27,067 bases of DNA, from the IMG/VR virus record IMGVR_UViG_3300005758_000238, positions 1-27,067 of that record. One strand, written 5' to 3'. Under the pieces are notes generated by a model. The model was not told the origin of the DNA and searched no databases. It worked only from the letters and a program-made list of their open reading frames with translations. A program made the translations under genes and the position numbers. Positions 1 through 6,539 of the stretch are shown piece by piece (the stretch's first letter is position 1; each line of letters begins with the position of its first letter). The DNA is from a virus. Its lineage: Duplodnaviria > Caudoviricetes.

Positions 1-195
1 GGGGCTATTGCACAGCTTAGCGATGCAGTCATTACACTTGAACGGAACAGTATGGCTGAAAATGAGCAAGAGCGACACAGGACTAAAGTGGCTGTTGCAA
101 AGAACAGGTATTCAGGGGCCACCGGACCCGCCCTCACACTGAGATATGATCTTCATTCAGGGCGTATGATCGAAGAACAAGAAGAAACATTGTAA
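1..195 (+). CDS. Primase/helicase (T7 gp4-like, DnaB family), C-terminal part; 5' truncated
   Basis: Frame 1 reads GAIAQLSDAVITLERN...VAKNRYSGATGPA..., matching SF4 helicase motif H4 (IxQLSD) and the KNR arginine-finger motif; TAA at 193-195. Confidence 0.9.
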   Translation, partial: GAIAQLSDAVITLERNSMAENEQERHRTKVAVAKNRYSGATGPALTLRYDLHSGRMIEEQEETL

Positions 196-220
196 AATAG
201 ACGAGTCAAGGAATTAGCTT

Positions 221-370
221 ATGAAAATGAGTGATGGTGGTAAAGGAGATGCACCACGTAAGCAACAAGATCAGAAGGCTTACGAGGAAGGATGGGAGCG
301 TATATTCCGACAAAGACCTAAAGAGAATCCTATCAAGGATGAACCGTTGACTAAAGAGGAGAACGACTAA
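221..370 (+). CDS. Small hypothetical phage protein (49 aa, MKMSDGGKGDAPRKQQDQKAYEEGWERIF...)
   Basis: Manually translated ORF below the track cutoff; AAGGA upstream; stop overlaps next ATG (TAATG). Confidence 0.7.
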   Translation: MKMSDGGKGDAPRKQQDQKAYEEGWERIFRQRPKENPIKDEPLTKEEND

Positions 371-534
371 TGGCTGATATTACTATGTGTAGGGACGGTA
401 CGTGTCCTAAGAAGGAACAATGCTATCGCTTTACTGCGAACAAAGATGAGTTCTGGCAGAGTTACTTTGTAGCTTCGCCTCGTAAGGATGACGATTGCGA
501 GTATTACTGGCCTTTGGAGGATGATGAATCGTGA
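370..534 (+). CDS. Small Cys-rich hypothetical protein (54 aa, MADITMCRDGTCPKKEQCYRF...)
   Basis: Manual ORF; GAGGAG RBS; four Cys; coupled to neighbours by TAATG and GTGA overlaps. Confidence 0.75.
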   Translation: MADITMCRDGTCPKKEQCYRFTANKDEFWQSYFVASPRKDDDCEYYWPLEDDES

Positions 535-680
535 GTGTAGAGCATGTGATTGTAGGAGCCACAGGTATAGGCTATGCTATTGTCGGTGTGCTTCAGTGGA
601 GCAAAGGTGAAGTCTCTAACGGAATGATCTGGACAGGATATGCCTTTGCACAGATTGGTCTTTGGTTAAACATTAAATAA
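531..680 (+). CDS. Small membrane protein (49 aa, two hydrophobic segments)
   Basis: Manual ORF from GTG with GGAGG RBS: MSVEHVIVGATGIGYAIVGVLQWSKGEVSNGMIWTGYAFAQIGLWLNIK. Confidence 0.7.
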   Translation: MSVEHVIVGATGIGYAIVGVLQWSKGEVSNGMIWTGYAFAQIGLWLNIK

Positions 681-684
681 ATGT

Positions 685-867
685 ATGTGGACACTTGACA
701 ACATCGCAGGAAGACTGCTAGAATTGGAGGAACAATACTATGACTTGCAAGACAAGTATCAGTTGTTGATCCACCAGTATGAAACTTTGAAGGCAGACCA
801 TGAAAAGATTAGTGCTCGACATCGAGACAAATCTAACACAGACCAAGATTTGGGTAGTAGTAACTAA
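685..867 (+). CDS. Hypothetical coiled-coil protein (60 aa)
   Basis: ORF track; heptad-like LLELEEQYYDLQDKYQLL; fills the gap before the polymerase. Confidence 0.55.
   Translation: MWTLDNIAGRLLELEEQYYDLQDKYQLLIHQYETLKADHEKISARHRDKSNTDQDLGSSN
695..724 (+). promoter_or_regulatory. Candidate sigma70 promoter upstream of the DNA polymerase
   Basis: TTGACA (695-700), 18 nt spacer, TGn extended -10, TAGAAT (719-724); lies within ORF 685-867. Confidence 0.5.
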
Positions 868-1648
868 AGACATTGACACAGGTGAAACAAGATTATGGAA
901 AGCAGCAAAGCCCCTTCAGGAGTATTTAAAGGACACTTCCTTGATAGTCGGGCACAATCTCATCGCCTTCGACGCCTATCACTTGAACAGGCTATGGAAT
1001 TTGAGGATACGTTTGAGTCAAGTCTTCGATACGCTAGTGGTAAGCAGGCTACTCGATCCGAGCAGACCAGAGGGCCACAGTCTGGAAAGTTGGGGAAAGA
1101 CTCTCGGGATCGGGAAGATTGACTATGCAGGTGTATGGCAGTGGCTAAACAATAAACGACAGGACTATGATGGGCAGTGCTTTGATGAACCCCATGAGCC
1201 TCTTATGGATCATTATTGTGTTAGGGACGTTGAAGTATCTACTCGACTGTATCTTAAACTATGCAATGATCTTAATGAGAAACAGTTTTCACAAGATAGT
1301 GTTGACTTGGAACACAAAGTAGCAGCTATCATAGCGGAGCAAGAACGTAATGGATTCAAACTCGATGTGCCCTATGCAGTTTCCCTCCTTACTGAGATCA
1401 AAGGAAAGTTGGCTGTCATCTATGAGCAAATGCAAGAGAGATGGCCTCCATACGAGGTGCCTAGAGTGTCCGCTAAGACAGGAAAGCAACTTAAACCTGA
1501 GACCATCACGTTTAATCCCGGCTCTCGTAAGCAGATTGGAGAAAAGCTGATAGAATTGGGATGGAAGCCTAAACAGTTCACAGAAACTGGACAGCCGATA
1601 ATTGATGAGTCTGTACTAGATCAAATTATTAAGGAGTGCGACAAATGA
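800..1648 (+). CDS. DNA polymerase family A, N-terminal part (3'-5' exonuclease plus first half of thumb)
   Basis: ExoI LDIET, ExoII GHNLIAFD, ExoIII YCVRD; thumb motifs EQERNGFKLD and FNPGSRKQI; ends just after DESVL. Confidence 0.93.
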   Translation: MKRLVLDIETNLTQTKIWVVVTKDIDTGETRLWKAAKPLQEYLKDTSLIVGHNLIAFDAYHLNRLWNLRIRLSQVFDTLVVSRLLDPSRPEGHSLESWGKTLGIGKIDYAGVWQWLNNKRQDYDGQCFDEPHEPLMDHYCVRDVEVSTRLYLKLCNDLNEKQFSQDSVDLEHKVAAIIAEQERNGFKLDVPYAVSLLTEIKGKLAVIYEQMQERWPPYEVPRVSAKTGKQLKPETITFNPGSRKQIGEKLIELGWKPKQFTETGQPIIDESVLDQIIKECDK

Positions 1649-2373
1649 GCACACCCACAAGACAGTGTGATGAGTGCTTACATTTTACTTATCCTGATTG
1701 GCCTCATTGCGATAAGGGACATAAACCTAAATTTTTCTCTCCTACTATTGCTGTTGACACGAAGTCGTGGGGTTACAAACGTAAATGTGATGATTTTAAG
1801 GAGAAAGTAATGAATGTAGACGATCTTTTTGGTGAGGTGCTTTATACAGGTCAACCGATTCCTGAAATCGAGCAGAGAAATAAAGAAACCATGACCGCGC
1901 TGCTGCCTGCCGGGTGCATTAATTTTAACCCTGATTGGCTAAAACCGGGAGCTTTGGTGGAAGTAACTATGGATAACATACGCGCTTATCACAAAGAAGT
2001 TTACCGACTTACGGAACTTGCTAAACAACAGTCTCAGACTATCACCAACATGCAGAATGCTATCACACATTGGGACGAACAAGAAGAAGGTAGTGAAGGT
2101 ACAAGAGCGTACCAAGCATGGAGAAGGTCTGAGGCTTACGCTGTTCCTGTTACCGATAAAGGCGCAGAAGCAGCAGAGCAAAGACGTAAGCAGTTCAATA
2201 AAGGTTTCTATGCTGGTTTGCGACACGCTGCTTTGGTGTTAGAACTAGAGCACAAGAAAGTCAAAGATCACGGAGGACATCACAATTACTATGGCGTAGC
2301 CTCTCAAATTGTTCGTAAAGTTTACATGGAAGATTTGTCCGAACAATGTACACAAACAACAAACAAGAGTTAA
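1645..2373 (+). CDS. Hypothetical protein between the two polymerase halves (242 aa; N-terminal Cys/His module)
   Basis: AAGGAG at 1631-1636 and ATG 1645 overlapping the pol-N stop (ATGA); second in-frame AAGGAG/ATG at 1798-1812. Confidence 0.75.
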   Translation: MSTPTRQCDECLHFTYPDWPHCDKGHKPKFFSPTIAVDTKSWGYKRKCDDFKEKVMNVDDLFGEVLYTGQPIPEIEQRNKETMTALLPAGCINFNPDWLKPGALVEVTMDNIRAYHKEVYRLTELAKQQSQTITNMQNAITHWDEQEEGSEGTRAYQAWRRSEAYAVPVTDKGAEAAEQRRKQFNKGFYAGLRHAALVLELEHKKVKDHGGHHNYYGVASQIVRKVYMEDLSEQCTQTTNKS

Positions 2374-3257
2374 AAGAAGTAGCCACACTGATCCGAAACT
2401 ATCTGATGCTCCAAAAGCGTGTGGCCCAGATCGAAAGCTGGTTAGAGGCTGTGAAGGATGACGGCAGGGTACACGGTAAGGTCATTACCAACGGGGCAGT
2501 GACAGGCAGGATGACGCACAGCGGCCCTAACATGGCTCAGATTCCTAATGCAGGTTCTGTCTATGGACATAAGTGTCGTGAGTGTTGGTCTGTTGAAGAT
2601 GGTAATGTCTTGGTAGGCTGTGATGCTTCAGGTCTGGAGCTTCGTATGCTTGCTCACTATATGAAAGATGATGACTATGTCAGAACAGTTACAGAAGGTA
2701 GCTCTAAAGATGGTACAGATGTACACACGGTCAACCAACGAGCTGCTGGATTGGCTACCCGAGATAGTGCCAAAACTTTCATCTATGCCTTTCTCTACGG
2801 AGCTGGAGATGCTAAAATTGGAAGCATCGTTGGAGGAACTGCTAAAGATGGTGAAAGACTTAAACGAAAATTCCTCCAACAAACTCCAGCCCTTGCCTCC
2901 CTCCTTAAAAGAGTGGCCTCCCAATCCTCTAAAGGGTGGGTTCCCGGACTTGACGGAAGACGTATCTGGGTGCGAAGTGAACACGCAGCACTTAACAGCC
3001 TCTTACAAGGAGCAGGCGCTATCGTAATGAAGAAAGCATTGTGTATCTTCTACGACAAGATCAAGGCTAATAAGTGGCCTGTGAAGCTAGTCGCTAATGT
3101 ACACGATGAATTCCAGTTCGAGTGTCCTCCTGAGATCGCTGAAGAGGCAGGGAAAGCTGCTAGAATGTCAATCATTGAAGCAGGAGAATACTTCAAGCTA
3201 CGGTGTCCTCTTGATGGAGAGTACAAGATAGGTAAGTCATGGAAAGAAACCCATTGA
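2346..3257 (+). CDS. DNA polymerase family A, C-terminal part (rest of thumb, palm, fingers)
   Basis: GAVTGRMTHSGPNMAQIP, motif A DASGLELR, motif B RDSAKTFIYAFLYG, motif C VHDE; T7 gp5-like. Confidence 0.95.
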   Translation: MYTNNKQELKEVATLIRNYLMLQKRVAQIESWLEAVKDDGRVHGKVITNGAVTGRMTHSGPNMAQIPNAGSVYGHKCRECWSVEDGNVLVGCDASGLELRMLAHYMKDDDYVRTVTEGSSKDGTDVHTVNQRAAGLATRDSAKTFIYAFLYGAGDAKIGSIVGGTAKDGERLKRKFLQQTPALASLLKRVASQSSKGWVPGLDGRRIWVRSEHAALNSLLQGAGAIVMKKALCIFYDKIKANKWPVKLVANVHDEFQFECPPEIAEEAGKAARMSIIEAGEYFKLRCPLDGEYKIGKSWKETH

Positions 3258-3281
3258 CAAACCTAGAAAGTGTGCTACAAT
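3254..3281 (+). promoter_or_regulatory. sigma70-type promoter for tRNA/HNH/ssb
   Basis: TTGACA (3254-3259, contains the pol stop TGA), 16 nt spacer, TGn, TACAAT (3276-3281); 17 nt before the tRNA. Confidence 0.75.
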
Positions 3282-3298
3282 ATTAGGTATAGATTAAC

Positions 3299-3382
3299 GA
3301 GACTGTGGCGTAATCGGTAGCCGCAGCAGACTTAAAATCTGCCGCCTTGTGCGTGAGGGTTCGAGTCCCTCCAGTCTCACCA
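3299..3382 (+). tRNA. tRNA-Leu, anticodon TAA
   Basis: Acceptor GAGACTG/CAGTCTC, anticodon arm GCAGA-CTTAAAA-TCTGC, long variable arm, T arm GAGGG-TTCGAGT-CCCTC, discriminator A, encoded CCA. Confidence 0.95.
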
Positions 3383-3498
3383 AGCGTTCACTAACGCTGC
3401 ATTAACAAACGGCCTTGACTGCTATGGGGTTCTTTTTGATAGACAATCAGTGACACTCTGGAGAGACAGAGATTTAATTTAACACAAAGGAAAATGAA

Positions 3499-3957
3499 AT
3501 GGACTTAACACAGCAAGAGCTGAAAAGGTTAGTCACGTATAATCCTAAAACAGGTATTTTTACGTGCAACAAAGAAGGAGCAATAGGAGGAAGAAAAGAA
3601 GGACAAATTCTTGGCTCTCCTAACTCAAGGGGCTATTTATGTCTAAGGGTTGCAGGAAAGAAATATCTAGCTCATCGACTAGCTTGGTTATTCATGAAAG
3701 GAAAATTTCCTGAAAAGCTAGTAGACCACATCAACAGAAATAAACAGGATAATAGATGGAACAACCTTAGAGAAGCGGATCATCTGAGCAACGCTCAAAA
3801 CAATGGAAAACCTTGTGTAGATTTTAGAAAAGGTAAATATCGTGCTAGAATCTGTGTAAACTATAAAGAAGTTTTTATAGGTGCTTTTGATACTTACCAA
3901 GAAGCAGAAGACGCTTACTACACAGCAAAACAGCATTATCGCGTATTTAAGGAATAA
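3499..3957 (+). CDS. Free-standing HNH homing endonuclease with AP2-like C-terminal DNA-binding domain
   Basis: AHRLAW...VDHINRNKQDNRWNNLR HNH motif; C-terminal KYRARI...IGAFDTYQEAEDAY. Confidence 0.9.
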   Translation: MDLTQQELKRLVTYNPKTGIFTCNKEGAIGGRKEGQILGSPNSRGYLCLRVAGKKYLAHRLAWLFMKGKFPEKLVDHINRNKQDNRWNNLREADHLSNAQNNGKPCVDFRKGKYRARICVNYKEVFIGAFDTYQEAEDAYYTAKQHYRVFKE

Positions 3958-3959
3958 AC

Positions 3960-4382
3960 ATGGACAATAAACCCGTTAAAATTGCAGGTCAGCTCTTCTG
4001 GGCTAACTGGATGAAAGAGTTCAATACCAAGTTCAACGATGACAACACCAAGTATGAGTGCACCATCGGCAACTTGAGTGACAAAGCAGCCGAAGCCTTG
4101 AAAGAGCTTGGCATTAACATCAAGAACAAAGACATTATGGGTAACTATATCGTAGCCAAGTCCAAGTTTGTCTTTGAACCTGTGGACAGTGATGGTAATC
4201 CTGTGTCGATTGACAAGATCGGTAACGGCACTAAAGTGCAAGCCTTGATTAGCAGCTACCGTCACAAGATGTCTTCTAAGTTCGGTGCTGCTCCGTCTGT
4301 GAAGAAACTTATCATCACTGAGCTTGTGGAATACAATCCTGAAGGCTCCGGTGCTGATGACGAAGATGACGACATCCTCTGA
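3960..4382 (+). CDS. Single-stranded DNA-binding protein (T7 gp2.5-like)
   Basis: Position between pol and exonuclease; IGNGTKV motif; acidic C-terminal tail DDEDDDIL. Confidence 0.75.
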   Translation: MDNKPVKIAGQLFWANWMKEFNTKFNDDNTKYECTIGNLSDKAAEALKELGINIKNKDIMGNYIVAKSKFVFEPVDSDGNPVSIDKIGNGTKVQALISSYRHKMSSKFGAAPSVKKLIITELVEYNPEGSGADDEDDDIL

Positions 4383-5109
4383 AGTTAAATTAGATTACGC
4401 CTTAGTCGATGCTGACGTGATGGTGTACAGGGTTGGCTTCACTACAGAAGAAGAACCATTACAGATCGCAAAGGCACGGCTAACAGAGTGGCTTGAAGAC
4501 TTCCTGTTCATTAACTTGAAAGTGGATGACTATCAAGCCTATCTGACAGGCAAAGGTAACTTCAGAGAAGAAGTAGCAGTCACTGTTCCGTACAAAGGTA
4601 ACAGGGTTGATCTTAAGAGGCCTATACACTATGAGGCACTTAGAGAGCACCTTGTTAAACGACACGGAGCAGTGATTACAGACGGTGAAGAGGCAGACGA
4701 TGCTGTAGCAATACAGTCCGTTGAAAGACTTGATAAGTGCTGGATTGTGCATGTAGACAAAGACCTAGATCAGCTTCAAGGGTGGCACTACAATCCAGTC
4801 AAAGATGAGAGATATTATGTATCCGAGTTTGAAGGGCTTAGGAACTTTTACAAGCAAATCCTTACGGGTGACAGGATCGACAACATCCAAGGATTGCACG
4901 GTATTGGGCCTAAAAAGGCTGAGAAGGCTCTTCAAGATTGTAAAACTGAACAGGAACTATACGAGGCTGTATGCGAAATGTACAACAAACACGAGCAGGA
5001 GTTGTCACGGGTAATCGAAAACGGACAGCTCCTGTGGTTACGAAGGAAACAGAACCAACTCTGGTGTCCACCTTCAACCTCTCAGGATGTGAGTGGCAAG
5101 TCCACATGA
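4366..5109 (+). CDS. 5'-3' exonuclease (T7 gp6-like)
   Basis: VDAD, YKGNR, EADD, DKDLDQ, GDRIDNIQGLHGIGPKKA (H3TH) motifs; exact start uncertain. Confidence 0.92.
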   Translation: MTTSSEVKLDYALVDADVMVYRVGFTTEEEPLQIAKARLTEWLEDFLFINLKVDDYQAYLTGKGNFREEVAVTVPYKGNRVDLKRPIHYEALREHLVKRHGAVITDGEEADDAVAIQSVERLDKCWIVHVDKDLDQLQGWHYNPVKDERYYVSEFEGLRNFYKQILTGDRIDNIQGLHGIGPKKAEKALQDCKTEQELYEAVCEMYNKHEQELSRVIENGQLLWLRRKQNQLWCPPSTSQDVSGKST

Positions 5110-5345
5110 GTGAAGACATCAGTGATCTAGGTCACTGTGATGTCATGGCTTATAAGATTCTGATTAAGGCGGGAATGACACCACAGGCAACTGAGGTTAC
5201 TTTCTACCACGAGCTTGTTCATGCAATCTTGTTTGCTATGGGTAAGATGCAGCATGACGAGGAGTTTGTAGAAAACTTTGGTAACCTGCTACATCAGTTC
5301 AATAAGACTGTTAAAGATTTGTCAGACAATGGCACCGAAGGCTAA
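5064..5345 (+). CDS. Small HExxH zinc metallopeptidase-like protein
   Basis: TFYHELVHAIL followed by HDEEFV; start uncertain (GTG 5064 chosen within ORF 4971-5345). Confidence 0.7.
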   Translation: MSTFNLSGCEWQVHMSEDISDLGHCDVMAYKILIKAGMTPQATEVTFYHELVHAILFAMGKMQHDEEFVENFGNLLHQFNKTVKDLSDNGTEG

Positions 5346-5736
5346 GCTGTCCAAGGAACAGGTAGCTAAGAAGTACGGGTTTAGGAGTGGCTTGGAAGAG
5401 CGACTGGCAGAGCAGCTTAATAAAGCTAAAGTTGAGTACACCTATGAAGAGTACAAGATTAACTACATCAGGCCAGCATCCAAGCACACCTATACTCCCG
5501 ACTTCGTACTTGCTAACGGCATCATTGTGGAGTCAAAAGGCAGGTTCTTAGTAGCTGATAGACAAAAGCATCTATGGATCAAGGAACAACACCCTGAACT
5601 GGATATTAGGTTTGTCTTCAGTAACTCCAAAGCGCGTATCAGTAAGACTTCTAGGACAACCTATGCCGACTGGTGTCGTAAACATGGCTTTAAGTTTGCT
5701 GATAAGGTAATTCCTAATGAATGGATTAAGGAGTAG
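5329..5736 (+). CDS. Endonuclease I / Holliday junction resolvase (T7 gp3-like)
   Basis: FRSGLEE, YTPDF, IIVESKGRF, HPELDIRFVFSNS motifs. Confidence 0.95.
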   Translation: MAPKAKLSKEQVAKKYGFRSGLEERLAEQLNKAKVEYTYEEYKINYIRPASKHTYTPDFVLANGIIVESKGRFLVADRQKHLWIKEQHPELDIRFVFSNSKARISKTSRTTYADWCRKHGFKFADKVIPNEWIKE

Positions 5737-5740
5737 AATC

Positions 5741-5917
5741 ATGGACGTTAAGCTATTACATGAAAACGAAGATGGCAGTGCTTGCTATGCTTTTGACTTG
5801 ACCTCTGAAGAAGTACAAGCATTACTTAGCTTTGGTATCATGGAAGCCCTCAAAGCGGCTGTGCGAGAAGGTGAGAAGCTAACCTGTAACGGAGAAGACA
5901 TTAAAGATGAAAGTTAA
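5741..5917 (+). CDS. Hypothetical protein (58 aa)
   Basis: AAGGAG RBS before ATG 5741; overlaps thyX start. Confidence 0.7.
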   Translation: MDVKLLHENEDGSACYAFDLTSEEVQALLSFGIMEALKAAVREGEKLTCNGEDIKDES

Positions 5918-6539
5918 TCTAGTATGGGCAACTCCTGATATTGAGGAGAAAGTTGCCTACTGTGCTCGGGTAAGTAACCCAGAGAATCAACACAATCACG
6001 ATACTGCTGGTAAGCTATTGAAGTATCTTGTTAAGCATAAGCATTGGTCACCTTTTGAGATGGCTAATGTGTGTATGGAGATCGAGACTACTCGTGATAT
6101 TGCACGACAGATTCTCCGTCACCGTAGCTTCAGCTTCCAAGAGTTCTCTCAACGATACGCCGTAGCTACTGAATTCGCTGTTCGAGAATGCCGAATGCAG
6201 GATACTAAGAATCGTCAGAACAGTCTTGACACTGATGACCAGTATCTGAATCATTGGTGGAACGCTGCTCAGTGGCGCATTCAAGCTGAAGCTGAGCAGG
6301 TCTACAAAATGGCTCTTGAGAAAGGTATCGCTAAAGAGCAAGCCCGTGCATTGCTTCCAGAAGGCTTGACGATGAGTAGGATGTACATGAACGGTACGCT
6401 GCGTAGTTGGCTACATTACATCGAGATTCGTACTGATCCTAGCACTCAGAAGGAGCATCGTGAAGTTGCGTTAGAGTGTAAGAAAGTACTTGCTGAGATT
6501 TGTCCTAACATAATGAGTATGCTAAATGGAACTGAATGA
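5907..6539 (+). CDS. thyX: Flavin-dependent thymidylate synthase
   Basis: HWSPFE, signature RHRSFSFQEFSQRY, ARALLP, TQKEHR. Confidence 0.96.
   Translation: MKVNLVWATPDIEEKVAYCARVSNPENQHNHDTAGKLLKYLVKHKHWSPFEMANVCMEIETTRDIARQILRHRSFSFQEFSQRYAVATEFAVRECRMQDTKNRQNSLDTDDQYLNHWWNAAQWRIQAEAEQVYKMALEKGIAKEQARALLPEGLTMSRMYMNGTLRSWLHYIEIRTDPSTQKEHREVALECKKVLAEICPNIMSMLNGTE

Noticed and set aside
1754-1779. TTGACA...TACAAA promoter inside the pol insert
   Set aside because: Spacer is only 14 nt and the -10 lacks the final T
1646-2345. Group I/II intron interrupting the polymerase
   Set aside because: Interval is wholly coding and overlaps both halves; no recognisable P7 or domain V core and no HNH, GIY-YIG, LAGLIDADG or RT motif. 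Judged by eye; a covariance search would be needed to exclude it fully.
1636-2373. Two successive -1 frameshifts fusing pol-N, middle ORF and pol-C
   Set aside because: Frames would allow it, but neither overlap has a canonical X XXY YYZ slippery heptamer, and the middle ORF has its own strong RBS
1630-2380. Split intein joining the pol halves
   Set aside because: Only CDK follows the last Cys of pol-N, and pol-C has no HN/N-[CST] junction near its start; no room for Hint domain halves
3299-3382. tRNA as prophage attachment site or suppressor tRNA
   Set aside because: No integrase or duplicated tRNA 3' end in the window; anticodon TAA reads UUA (Leu), not a stop; TAA, TAG and TGA all terminate genes normally, so no recoding
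3456-3471. Glycine riboswitch (CTCTGGAGAGAC resembles its 5' end)
   Set aside because: Sequence closes at once as a small hairpin; the aptamer core (GCCGAAG, CTCTCAGG) is absent
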